Shown in pieces: positions 12,804 to 24,590 of a DNA stretch of 32,003 nucleotides. This DNA comes from Octopus sinensis (Eukaryota), in assembly GCF_006345805.1 (NCBI RefSeq), contig NW_021829675.1:1-32003 (forward strand), written 5' to 3'. A model generated the notes under the pieces. That model saw only the letters and a list, made by a program, of their open reading frames with translations. It was not told the DNA's origin and searched no databases. Positions within the stretch are counted from its first letter, which is position 1; each line of letters starts with the position of its first letter. Position numbers and translations under genes: made by a program.

Positions 12804-13980
12804 CTACAAAGATACAAACAACATGCTAAATGAAGTCAAACTGTAAATTTGATCCACGTCATATGAACAGGCTGAAAAAAAAATCATAAGGGATCAAATT
12901 AACGATATACATATCTATTTTTAATGGTTCAAAAGATAATGCTTGCGTCCATTACACATTTATGTACTTAGATATATATGTAAGTATTTCTAATCCAGAA
13001 ACGCGTTCGTAAATAACCCTTAGACTTTGCTTTCGTTATTTCTTCCATCTGTTTTACATATGTGAATTACAGGGATATGTCGTATGTGGAGTCTCATTTG
13101 TAGAAAATAGAAATAAACAGTCTTTGACTGCTATTTCTAATTTTTTCGGTATGTGGCTAAGCAACCTGTTGCTTGCCCCTTTTATTTATATACAAAAATA
13201 TATATTGAACTTTTTTTTATAAAAGTTCCTACCGTTAATGGTTATATTTACATGCCGAAATCTACCCGTAAATAATTGTTGGTTTAAAAAAAACAAACTA
13301 TTCAAACTATTATTTACTCTTATTATATTACTACATGTAAGTATTATATATGTATATATATATGTGTATATAAATATATATTCTTTTCTTCTTTTATTCT
13401 TTTACTTGTTTCAGTCATTTGTCTGTGTGTTGTGTTCCTGAGTGTGACACTTTATTTCAAGTTGCTCCAGCTCGTTCAGTTGTAGAAATGAGTTGCGACG
13501 TCACTGCTGCTAAGCTGTAACGACCTTTGCCTTTCCCTTGGATAACATCGGTGGCGTAGAGTGTGGAGGTTGGTATGTATGGGTGACTGCTGGTCTTTCA
13601 TTAAAATCAACCTTACCCAGACTTGAGCCTCGAAGGGTAACTTTCCACGGGCAATTCCATGGTCATTCATGGCCAAAGGGAGTCTTTATTCTTTACTCGA
13701 GTACTATACTAAATGAATAAAGGATACCAAAGAAAATTAGACATTACATACCAGAAAAATTACAGAAATTGAAAATCAAATATCGTTTTTAGACGGTTGA
13801 ACTGCAAGTAGAAAAGTTATAAATGGTACACAAATATATGTATATATGCGTGCATTCGTATATCTATTTACATACTATGTCAAGAAAATAAAACATGACA
13901 GTTGTGGGTGAACCAACTTGCATCGTTTGTCGAGCAAACTAGGTATATTAGGAACTACACAACTTAAGAAATACACTCAC

Positions 13981-14085
13981 CGATGTCATATCAGAAATCC
14001 ATCCACCATGATTAACCTGATATCTTTTAACTTTTTCGGTATCATCAAGTATCCTAACTGCATCTCCAACGTTAAATTTGTCGAT
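13981..14085 (-). CDS. Coding exon 3, first half of MIB repeat 2
   Basis: IDKFNVGDAVRILDDTEKVKRYQVNHGGWISDMTS (105 nt), acceptor ctgtttcag, donor gtgagt, phase 0-0. Not in the ORF track. Confidence 0.85.
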
Positions 14086-14358
14086 CTGAAACAGAGAAAT
14101 TTAATGAGATATAACATAAGAAAGTAAGAGAGGAGGAGGAGAGAGGGAAAGTTTTGAGTGTGGGAGTGGGTTTCAAGAAAAAAGAGTGATTTACGAGAAG
14201 GCGTAGTTGAAGGAGGAAGAGAGAGAGGGGGGGAAAGAAAGAAAGAACGAAAGAAAAAGAAAGTTAGAATGAATGAAAGAATGAAAGAAAGAATAATGAA
14301 TAACTGAGAGAAAGAAAGAAAGAAAGACAGAAATAGGAACGATAGCTAGCCAGCTAGC

Positions 14359-14433
<75 letters not shown>

Positions 14434-14745
14434 TTCAAATTCCGCCGAGGTCGACTTTGCCTTTCATCCTTTCGGGGTAGATTAATTAAGTACCAGTTAC
14501 GCACTGCGGTCGATATAATCGACTTAATCCGTTTGTCTGTCCTTCTTTGTCCTCTCTGTGTTTTGTTCCTTGTGGGTAGTAAAGAAATAGGTATTTCTTC
14601 TGCCGCCACGTTCTGAGTTCAAAGCCCGCCGACTTTGCTTTTCGTCCTTTCGAGGTCAACAGTACCAATTAAGTGCTGGGGTCGATGTAATCGACTATCC
14701 CCCGCCCCCAAATTTCAGGCCTTGTTTCTATAGTAAAAGGATTAC
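14434..14745 (+). mobile_element. Two partial octopus-type SINE copies in tandem
   Basis: ttcaaattccgccgaggtcgactttgcctttcatcctttcgggg and gttctgagttcaaagcccgccgactttgcttttcgtcctttcgaggtc are related, with a B-box-like gagttcaaa. Confidence 0.6.
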
Positions 14746-15105
14746 TTATCCGTTGATTCTGTAGTGTTACCCTGATGAACGAGAGAATATTTCACTGAGA
14801 AATATGGTAATCTATCTCACGGACAATAAACATTGTTAGTCATAGTAATTTTGCTTCTTCTACCCCATAACTGGATGAAGTAAAAGTAATGACAGGCTTC
14901 AATATTCCACTCCACCCACCTACTCTACCCAAAGACAGAGCACACTGGAAAGAGCATGCATCAGATCCAAAACCAAAATCAGGGTATTGTAAGCAAATAG
15001 TTCTTTTGTCACTTAGATTAGTTACCATATTGTTGAACCATACTGCTTAGCAGAGAAGAAGGTTTGCTGGTGTAAGCCACTCGGTGTAAGCTTGTTGTCA
15101 GTGTA

Positions 15106-16395
15106 CGAGGGGCGTTCAATAAGTAATGCCCCTGACCCGCTTCCCATAGCAGTAGAGCAACGAAACTTGACCACAGTTATTAGTCTTTTTCTACATAGGA
15201 ACCACCCAGAGTTACGCATTTCTCCCATCGTTTGATGCAGCTCTGGGGACCGTTTTTGTAGAAGAACCCAGCTTGGTCCTCCACCTCAACGTGACTTCAG
15301 AAATCAAGGCTGCATCATCTGGGAAACGCTTTCCTTTCAAAAACAACTTCATGATTGGGAAGAGGTGAAAATCAGAGGGTGCAAGGTCAGGAAAGTAGGG
15401 GGGATGGGGAGGACTTCATAGCCATACGCCTGTGCTTCTGATCTGGCGACAAGCGAGTTGTGGACCGGAGCGTTGTCCTGCAGGAGGAGGATGTCTTTGC
15501 TGATCTTGCCCCGCCTCTTGATTTTGATAACTTCTCTTAATTTCCTCAAAAGTGAAGCATAATAGGCTCCTGCAATTGTGGTACCCTTTGCCAGGAAATC
15601 TGTCATCACTACTCCGTCCTGGTCCCAGAAGACTGTGAGTATGATCTTGCCAGCGGAGTGCTGCACCCTTGCCTTCTTTGGAGGGGGTGAGTCACGGTGC
15701 TTCCACTGCATTGACTGGGCTTTGGTCTCTGGATCATCGTGATGGACCCAGGTTTCATCCTGTGTAATCAGTCTTTTGAGACATTTTGAATCATCTTCTT
15801 GGCACATCTCCAAATTCACCCTCGAGCACTCGACGCGCTCTTGCTTCTGGAAAGGCGTGAGCAGCCTGGGAATCCATCTGGCAGACACCTTTTGCATATG
15901 CAAATGGTCATGAATGATAGTTTCCACAGACCCGGTACTAATCTTGACCTCATGGGCTATTTGGCGAATAATTATGCGTCGATCTTCCAAAATGGCAGCC
16001 TCAACTTGACGGACAGATGCCTCATCAATAGCAGAAGGGGGCGACCAGATCTGGGAGCTGTTTCCACAGAGTTCCGACCATGTTTGAATTCACGATGCCA
16101 GCGTTTTACAAGGTCATATGATGGGCATCATCACCATAAGTTACTTTCATTTCATCAAAAGTCTCCCGTGGTGTGCGTCCTTTCAAATACAAAAACCGGA
16201 TCACTGCTCGACACTCAACAGGCTCCATTTCACACTTGACTCGGTTCAAACACCTGTAAATCAGAAACCACAATTAATTCAGAGATGTAGTTTGCCACTT
16301 ACTCTATAGAGATATAAATGATTGCACATACAAAATTTCAGCTGGATCAAACAACTGCAAGTGGGTCAGAGGCATTACTTATTGAACGTCCCTCA
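15106..16395 (-). mobile_element. Full-length (1290 bp) mariner DNA transposon in intron 2
   Basis: TIRs cgaggggcgttcaataagtaatgcccctgaccc / reverse complement tgagggacgttcaataagtaatgcctctgaccc. TA on both sides (15104-15105, 16396-16397). Confidence 0.95.
15180..16228 (-). pseudogene. Mariner transposase with frameshifts
   Basis: MEPVECRAVIRFLYLKG...WIPRLLT...LITQDETWVHH...LQDNAPVHNS...SDFHLFP...GGSYVEKD*. Continuous translation needs frameshifts near 16120 and 15390-15400, among others. Confidence 0.9.
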
Positions 16396-16544
16396 TAATA
16401 TTGTGGAAATAAGTTTATCCAAGGAAAACTCCATGAAGTACACAAGTTTTATTAATAGTAAAACATTTAAGCCATATTGGTAAAAAAATATTATAAACGT
16501 AGAAGGTACTGAATGGTGCGGAGATTATGACCTTATATACTGAC

Positions 16545-16658
16545 CTTTGTGAGAGCTTTTGGATTAAAGCGCCATAATTTGTTACCGAGTTCTTCAAATT
16601 TCACAATCACATCGTCGACATTAGTAAGTCCTTGAACTATGCCAACTTGACCTATAAA
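16545..16658 (-). CDS. Coding exon 2, second half of MIB repeat 1
   Basis: FIGQVGIVQGLTNVDDVIVKFEELGNKLWRFNPKALTK (114 nt), acceptor atattcag, donor gtcagt, phase 0-0. Matches the MIB repeat pattern G..G.V......D..V.......W.FNP..L. Confidence 0.85.
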
Positions 16659-16709
16659 CTGAATATAAAGTGGGTTAACAAATATTGTACATACATACAT
16701 GCATACATT

Positions 16710-16741
<32 letters not shown>

Positions 16742-16755
16742 CATACATACATACA

Positions 16756-16848
16756 TGATGGCTTCCCACTCTTTATCGAGTATGGCCATTGCACGAAGCT
16801 TGACTGTTGATGGTGTTGTGATCGAATGTGACTTTTTAGCCCAGTTGC
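16756..16848 (-). mobile_element. Probable 3' end of an RTE-type LINE between (TACA)n tracts
   Basis: Minus strand TGLKSHIRSQH resembles the C-terminal GLxSHxRxH motif of RTE-like ORF2, followed by a (TGTA)n tail. Short, so the assignment is tentative. Confidence 0.4.
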
Positions 16849-17399
16849 ATACATACATACATAAATACATACATACATACATACATACATACATAAATAC
16901 ATACATACATACATACATACATTAATACATACATACATGCATACACACGCATGTTATGTATTCAAATGTATATATGTGCCACATGAACGTGGAAAAAACA
17001 ATTCCAAACGTACAATAAGATATATGGCGTATTTAAAATGAATTCGTTTCTCAGCACCAAATTTCACAGCACCGCGATTTTCAGACAAGAACTGCAATAT
17101 TTGTTTCATTATTTTCCTATTAAATTTATACTTATAAATGTGCATTCGTTGTTTTCTACATCTTTTTACAATCAAAAGGCGTAAGATAACAGGTATAAAC
17201 TGATGGCTATGGGAGACCAGATTCACCCAGTAAATGTGGCAAGAAATGAAAGAAAAAATATTCATATTCATCAGAATATGCCACCCATCTCCTACGTTTT
17301 AGGATAATTTATTTGTGCTATAAAAGAAGATAAAATAAAGGAAAATAAATTTTGACGAAACATATATGGTAGCAATTCTGTAAATTTACAATGACATAT

Positions 17400-17795
17400 T
17401 GTAGTGGCTGAGTGGTAAGTAGCTTGCTTACCAGCCACATGGTTCCGGGTTCAGTCCCACTGCGTGGCACATTGGGCAGGTGTCTTCTGCTATAGCCTCG
17501 GGCCGACCAAAGCCTTGTGAGTGGATTTGGTAGACGGAAACTGAAAGAAGCCCGTTGTATATATGCATATATATGTATGTGCGTGTATGTTTGTGTGTCT
17601 GTGTTTGTCCCCCTAGCATTGCTTGACAACCGATGCTGGTGTGTTTATGTCCCCGTCACTTAGAAGTTCGGCAAAAGAGACCGATAGAATAAGTACTGGG
17701 CTTACAAAGAATAAGTCCCGGGGTCGATATGCTCGACTAAAGGCGGTGCTCCAGCATGGCCGCAGTAAACTGACTGAAACAAGTAAAAGAGTAAA
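17400..17795 (+). mobile_element. tRNA-derived octopus SINE (bipartite) in intron 1
   Basis: A-box-like tggctgagtgg and B-box-like gggttcagtccc. Near-identical reverse copy at 27020-27431. Confidence 0.85.
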
Positions 17796-17989
17796 GAAAA
17801 AGAGAGAGATATTTTTTTACAAAATTGTCATACTTCCGGCAGTTGGTTTCCTTTTCGTGGCTACTGCACTGTAGTCACTTAGTAATAGTAACCGTTCAAC
17901 CAGTTATAGCTGTTTATGCATGTATGTATATATTTCACTATCTATCAGTGACCTTATAACATAATGAAAATACACAAGCCAGTACTTAC

Positions 17990-18112
17990 GTTTTCCATAA
18001 AAGGAGTCCATCCGCCATGTCCTTCTTGTAACAACTTTACAGTATCTATGTCTTCAGATAGAGATACACGGTCTCCTTCGTTGAATACACTGGTAGATGC
18101 GTTGGAATCCAT
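17990..18112 (-). CDS. Coding exon 1 of a Mind bomb SH3-repeat (MIB2-like REP) protein; start Met and first half of repeat 1
   Basis: Translates MDSNASTSVFNEGDRVSLSEDIDTVKLLQEGHGGWTPFMEN (41 aa) with the MIB-repeat signature LQEGHGGW. Acceptor ttgtttcag at 18136 (exon starts 18135), in-frame TAA two codons before ATG, donor gtaagt after 17990, phase 0. Confidence 0.85.
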
Positions 18113-18295
18113 TGTTTATACAAATACAAATTCACCTGAAACAAGCATATATATATATAAGGGGCGTGCACTCTCAGGTATGCAAGGTATGCGTTGCAAG
18201 CCCTGTGATTTTTTATCCATATGATCGGAAAATTAGATAAAATAGTTACTTTGTTTCAAAGAAAATCCGTCCAGTTGTTTTGGAAATATTTTGTC

Positions 18296-18715
18296 TCCCC
18301 TTCTCCTCTCTCAGTGACTCGTACTTCTGCTTTGAGAAGTCATGCTTTGAGAAGACCCGCATGACAGACACTCCCTCTCTGTCTCAGTTTGTCCTTCCTT
18401 CCTCTCTCTCTCTCACTCACTTAGTGATTTGTTTAAAAGACATGCTAAGAGCATAGGGCATTTGAAATATTTTTACCCCCTTCCTCTCTCTCTTAGTGGC
18501 TCGTCATGCTTTGAGAAGACCCGCATGACATCCCTCTCTGTCTCTTTGTTAGTTTGTCCCTCCTTCCTCTCTCTCTCTCTCTTAGTGACTTGATAAAACA
18601 GATGCTAGGAGGAAAGGTCGTTCATAATATTTTATACCCCCTTCCTCTCTCTCTCGGTGGCATGTCATGCTTTGAGATGACCGCATGATACCCACTCTCT
18701 GTCTCTTTGCTAGTG
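18296..18715 (+). repeat. About 2.5 imperfect 160-180 bp subterminal tandem repeats of the hAT
   Basis: cccc(c)ttc..ctctctc..gtg.c..gtcatgctttgaga.gacc(c)gcatga recurs near 18296, 18476 and 18637. Confidence 0.85.
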
Positions 18716-19039
18716 TAGAATTGTTGCTAACCTTGTTCCATTTCTGACCGGAACAAGAGCAGTCCCATAATTCTTAAGTTAGCCAGCTGAAATGTTGGAA
18801 TAACTTAGCGGTAAGTTTGAATTTTTTTAACCAAAACATCTGTTTGCACTATTATACTTTTGGAGTGTTCGGAAAACAAAAATATAATTTATAATATAGT
18901 TCTTATTTCAGAAGTAACTAATTAATCTTAAATTAATTAAACTAAGGTTATTTTTCCGTTTTGTTGAAATTGACTTAAAATTTACGTCGACGCTTCCACG
19001 TGTGTTCGTATATAAGAACAACCTTTTACGAAATAAGAG

Positions 19040-20390
19040 AAATGTGTGTTATAAACGATATTTTGAGAAATAGTTTTTCGAAAAGAGACTTCGATGGAAA
19101 ATAATTAATTATATTCACGGGACAATTCCAGGTTAATTTGTATGAAAAGAAAAAATGGTTAACTGGGAGTGCTATCCTTATTAAATTATTCTGTTGGCCT
19201 TGTTTACTTTTTTGCTTAGAAAAGAATGTTTAGAATGAAAAAGGATATGATGATTTAAATAATTTACATATGGCTATGTTAAAGCACAAGCGTTCTCAAA
19301 GGCATAAAAATCTTTGATAGATCTTAAAATATTCGAGAATGTTCGCATCGACTTACAATTAAATGCATGTAAAAATCAAAGCATACAACATCATAATGAG
19401 AAAGTCAGACGAAACAGATCCATTCTGCAACGATTGATCGATGTTGTTATTTTTTTAGGTTTCCAGGAATTATCGATTTGGGGTCATGTTGAATCTGAAG
19501 GTTCTAATAATAGTGGAAATTATAAAGAACTCGTATATGTAATCATTAAATATGACAAAAAATGGAAAGTCATCTAGATACAGCTTCTATCTTCACTGGT
19601 CTGTCGAACAGAATTCAAAATGACTTGATCGATGCAATTCATAAAGTTATGTTGAATAAGATGGAAAAGGAAATTGAGCAAGCTAAGTTTGCTTCTATTT
19701 TTGTTGATGAGACATCTGTTGCCTCAGCATATTCACAACTGTCAACAGTTTTACGTTATGTTACAGAAGACTGTGTGGCGAAAGAACGATTTATCGGTTT
19801 TAGTGATGTTAGTGCAGATCGATCTGCAAATGCTTTATCTGAACATGTTTTTACATGCATTGAATTGTGGAAATGTGAAAACAAATTGATTGCACAAACC
19901 TATTAACGGTGTCACTACAATGGCAGGACAATTTAATGGGTTACAGGCAAAAGTAAGGAAGAAATATGAATGTGCGATCTTTATTCATTGTTGTGCCCAT
20001 ATTCTAAATTTAGTTCTTTCACAATCATGCTCTGCTATGAAAGAATGCAAGATATTTTTTTGTACAATAAACGGACTGAGTACATTTTTTACGAAATCAC
20101 CGAAAAGGGCTAATGCATTAGATAACATTGTTAAAAAAAATATTTCCGTCTTATTTAACATCCTCCAGAGTAAAAGTCATGTCATAGTGCATTGAAAAGA
20201 GCAAATAGATAAAACTAGAACTGTACTCGTAAACAAACTTGATAATCGGAATTCAGAGATCCAAGAATTGAGCCCCATCGACATTATAAAATACTTTATA
20301 ACAAAATTATCAGTACAATAGTTGACCAAATAAAAGCACGATATTCATCTTTAGAAGAGTTTAAATTCGTGGAACTTTCGAACATATGGG
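19040..20390 (+). pseudogene. hAT transposase fragments
   Basis: LFCWPCLLF; ILQRLIDVVIFLGFQEL..WGHVES; SNRIQNDLI; FASIFVDETS..SQLSTVLRYV; ERFIGF; IFIHCCAHILNLVL. Multiple stops and frameshifts; C-terminal dimerisation region not seen. Confidence 0.85.
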
Positions 20391-20392
20391 TA

Positions 20393-20635
20393 CTATTTAA
20401 GAAGAGTGCACGCACCAGAGCATCCACGCCAGCTAGTTGTGACTAGTCGATCCTTACTTTGTGTTTTTGTGTTTTATTTACTTTGTTTAAAACATTATTT
20501 ACTTTGTGTTTTTGTGTTTTATATATTTTGTTTAAAATATTTATTTACTTTGCTAGATATTCGTAGGATCGACTAGTCATGACTAGCCAACGTGGATGCG
20601 CGAGCGCGCAGAACGAGACCACTCTTCTTAAATAG
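20393..20635. mobile_element. 243-bp MITE nested in the hAT
   Basis: TIR ctatttaagaagagtg / cactcttcttaaatag, inner inverted repeat gcatccacg..ctagt..tgactagtcgatcct, AT-rich core, TA duplication (20391-20392, 20636-20637). Confidence 0.85.
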
Positions 20636-21302
20636 TACCAGGGCGATGTTTTTTTTTATTCTAGGTCATACTCGGGTGATTGCATATTCAGAATCTCTCA
20701 TATGTAAATCATAGGAATTCGAAAATTTTTTTACTGAAATTGCCGGGAGGGGGGAAGCAAAGAAATTCATTGCATGCTCAACCCCGGAAGTCACCGCACG
20801 CCACTGATATATATATATATATATTTATAATAAGATAAGCTCGTATACGAGTGGGTAATATTTGTAAAAAATGAAGTTCGAAAATGCTGCTATATTAGAC
20901 GAATTTTTAATTTTTATATATACACATTATAACATGTTTCGGTTCTGAAATGATGAACCTTATCAGAAAAAGGTATATATAAAAAAGATAGTTCATGCTA
21001 TCAAATATAAAAAATTCATTATAATATACAATAGAGTCAGACATCAAAAGTTCATATATAGTGAAGTGAGTTCGTTCATGCTATATGTTTAAAGAGTATG
21101 ATGCAGTGGTTCATATAGTGGTGATATGCATTCAATATAAAAATAGATCAAGTGGTGATATGCAGTCAATATAAAAAATGATGTTCCTGAGAGAGAGCGA
21201 GGAATTCATTTTAGATTTTACCTTGAGTAACTGTGATGACTTTTGGTCGGTGTTCGCTGGATAGTTCTGGCGAACCTTGTGAATTGTTTGGGTTTTATAT
21301 CA

Positions 21303-21600
21303 CCTGTTAGGTGGCCAGTCCAGCGTAACGTGACTTCATCAACGTTTGACCAATCGTTTCGTTAGGTGGCTTAGTCAAGCAGAACGGGACGTCATCAATA
21401 TTCTGACCAATCCCGACCTATAGCTGTATTAGATCTGCCCCTTGTCTGTACCCTGTTAGGTGACTAGTCAAGCAGAACGGGACGTCATCAATATTCTGAC
21501 CAATCCCGGCCTATAGCTGTATTAGATCTGCCCCTTGTCTGTTTCCTGTCCAATCTAGCAGAACTAGACGTCATCAACGTGTTGACCAATCCGAATCGGG
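21303..21600 (+). repeat. Tandem repeats in the PLE 3' UTR (two 94-bp copies plus two partial ones)
   Basis: gttaggtg.ctagtcaagcagaacgggacgtcatcaatattctgaccaatccc at 21361 and 21455; related partial units at ~21303 and ~21550. Confidence 0.85.
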
Positions 21601-21809
21601 TCTGACCTTAGCTGTATCGTATGTGGCCAGTCATCAGGGTTAGATCTGTTCGAAGAGATCTTTTTATAATTTTTTTCCTTTTTCCCTAAGACATATTTCC
21701 GTCAGTGTGAGGAGTGACTGTTTAGGTAGCAGCCGCCGTGGTGGTGGAATTTTGCTTCTCCTTTTCGGAGGACCAATCTTTTGTTTTAATATTCCTGGCC
21801 AGGGTGTTT

Positions 21810-23950
21810 TAAATTTGTCTAAATTTTTTGATGAAATACTGTTCTTTATTTTGGCGTTGTGTGAAGGTTGCGTTGTTACTGAATTTATAAAGCGGGGGTA
21901 GTTGTAAATTTCGGATTTACATTTCCAGCACATCTATCTATGTGTCCGCTGACCGGTATTTTCCGGTATTCAGGGTTTCTAAATTTGTGATTTATGCACC
22001 GCCATCCTGTTACGTAAGCTATTTTTGTATGGCCTATATACTGCCTATTGCAGCCTGCGCATGTTATGACGTAAATTAAGTTTTCTGATGCGCAGGTGAA
22101 GTTTGCTCTAATGGTGAACTGGTGGCCTTGTTCTAGTATAAATTCTGAACCTTCTATCAAGATGACACAGATTCCGCAGTTGGGCCTTCCACATTTTCTA
22201 ACTGCTGGTTTGTGGTTGTGTGTGAGTGAGTGCAGTTTAGCTTGGGTTAAAATCCTTTTCAGGGATTTTGGTTGCCGTTTACTTTTGATGATGGTTGTGT
22301 TTCGAGGATCCGGTTCATCTTGGGTTTCCCTTTAGTAGGGCTGTGCTTTGTAGTATGGTGCTGAAGGCTCATTGTTGAGTGGTGTGTGTGTAGAGATGTA
22401 GGGAAGGGTTTTTATTGTTCTTTCTTTTTTGGTTTTGTTTGTCTCAGGTCTTCTACACTTAATTTGAGTGCCCTTTGGATTGCACTGTCTATTAGGGGCT
22501 GTGGATAGTTTCTATTTGTGAGTGTGGTTCTAAGTTCCTGGAGACGTGTGTGTCGGGTGTTGTGTCTGATATTATGGTGCAGATCCTTCTAGCTAAACAA
22601 AAAGGGACATTTATTCTTGTGTTGTCGGGTGACATGAATCAAAGGGTAGGTATTGTTTGTGGAGTCTGTCGGTTTATAGTAGATAGCTGTCTCTATTTTG
22701 TTGCGGCGTTTTCTTAATGAGGATGTCTAAAATGGTAATTCTTCTTCGTTATGATCCATCGTGAATTGTATATTATCATTTATTCCATTTAATAGATAAA
22801 TTCCTCAAGTTTCTCTATACTTTTGTCCCAGATGATGAAACAGTCATCGAGGTAACTTTCCAGTTGTTCTGGATATAGGTGGAGAAGGTGTTTCCAAATT
22901 TCTCGAGTGTTATCCGGGGTAGAGTATTTTCTCGAGGTATCCCATCACTAGGTTGGCAAAGATGGTGCAGTACGCGTGCCCATCGCTGTTCCCGATCTTT
23001 GTCTGTAGAAATTATTGTCAAAAATAAAGTAATTGTTTTCTAGAATAAATCTAAGTCCTTCTATTATAAGGTCTTTGTTTATGCGAGTTGGGAGTTCAAA
23101 GGGGTAGTTATTCAGCCAGAAGGTGATCGCTTCTATTCCTAGATTGTGAGGGATGTTAGAATAAAGATTAACTACGTCGAATGATACTAGAAGGGTTTTC
23201 TCATGGACTGTTTTAGGGAGGTGGTTGTGAGCATATCTATCGTCTCTTACGTAGTTTTGATGTGTTTTAGGAAAGGTTTAAGAAGTGTGTCTAAGAAATT
23301 GCTGAGGCGGTGAGTCTCACATGCTGGCCCTGCTATAATCGGTCTAAGTTTAAGATCGTTTGGTGAAGGGATTTTGATGAGTATATCGGTAGATGTTTTG
23401 CATGTTTCTCTAAATTTGGCTTTTGTGTACTTTAGGGATACCATAGAACAAACTCGATTTGCATTGAAGTTAGTGATGTTATGCATTATTTTTTGCTGAT
23501 TATACTGTTGGGCCCTTTCATAATACGTTTCATCTCTAATAGGGATAGCACTAAATTTTATAATCGTTGGTTCATTACTACTATCGCGTTGCCCTTATCT
23601 GCCTCCTTAATTGTTATTGCTTTGTCTTCTCTTAGTTTGATGAGGTCGTTCCAGTCTCTTTTGTTAAAGTTAGGGCTGTGTTTTTGTTTCTTGATGAATT
23701 GAAACGGGAAATTAGTTATGTAGTTACAATAGCGGTCTAAGGCTTTATTCTTTCCCTTGGTGGGGGTTGTAATTGCTCTTGTTTCTAGCTATTGAAATCC
23801 TCATCTATTTGTTTGCCTTGAAATTCCTCGGTGAGTCTTAGTTTCCTGCAAAATTCGAAATATCATCTTTCATTTCATAGTAATTAGAACGTTGTGGGGT
23901 TGGTGTAAATTTAAGTCTTTTGGAGAGTATGCTTATTTCGTTAGGTGTAA
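21810..23950 (-). pseudogene. PLE reverse transcriptase plus GIY-YIG endonuclease, frameshifted
   Basis: KLRPIIAGPAC; LLVSFDVVNLYSNIPH; YRQRSGTAMG; YLDD at 22843-22854; IQFTMD...ELP; YYKPTDS; FTCASENLIYVITCAGCNRQYIGHT. Confidence 0.9.
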
Positions 23951-24329
23951 GTTCTTTGTTTGAGAGATTGATTATCTTAATTACCTGAGGTTTCTTTTGT
24001 TTGTCCTTTGCCATCGTGTGTCCCTGTTCCTGTGTGTAAGGTCTAAAAAATGGTGGTGTGTTGTGTTATGTTCAAAACTACTATTTATCTGTCTCATGTT
24101 GTTATAATTGTCAGAGTGAGTTGTGGTGCTCTGTTCTGAAGTGTGTTGTTGTACCTAGTGTTCCGTCTTAGCTCATCAGATATATTGTGTTGGTAGTCGT
24201 TTCCTCCGTAGTGCATGTGTGTTTGTATGGTTGGTTCCTGGGTGGATGTTTGGTAGTAAGTAGAGTTTTAGTTGGTTATGTGGATTGTATTTCATAGTAT
24301 TGTATGTTGTAGCCCTTAGGTTCGTGAAA

Positions 24330-24590
24330 GGTGTGGTGGGCCCCTGTAAGTGTTTTGGGGTTGGTGTAGGTAGTGTGGGGTGCGTTTTAAATGTATTTTT
24401 CTGGTGTAGAGTGTGTTTGGATTTCTTGGTGGTTGTTCTGTTCTGTTGGTATATCTATTTTCGAACTGGTATGGTGGGCCTCTGTAAGTGTTTGGGGGTT
24501 GTGTAGGAGGTGGTGTGGGTGTGTTTTAAGTGTATTTTTCTGGTGTAGAGTGTGTTAGGATTTCTTGGTGGTTGTTCCGTTCTGTTGGTA
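24330..24590. repeat. ~138-bp tandem duplication inside the PLE N-terminal region
   Basis: ggt.tggtgggcc.ctgtaagtgttt.gggg...tgtatttttctggtgtagagtgtgtt.ggatttcttggtggttgttc.gttctgttggta occurs twice. Confidence 0.85.

Larger units (their letters stand above)
18159..20806 (+). mobile_element. hAT-superfamily DNA transposon (DUF4371/ZMYM1-like transposase), degenerate
   Basis: Ends aaggggcgtgc / reverse complement cagtggcgtgc, both abutting (TA)n; subterminal repeats; transposase remnants inside. Confidence 0.8.

Noticed and set aside
15799-16239. 146-aa + strand ORF
   Set aside because: It is the antisense frame of the mariner transposase.
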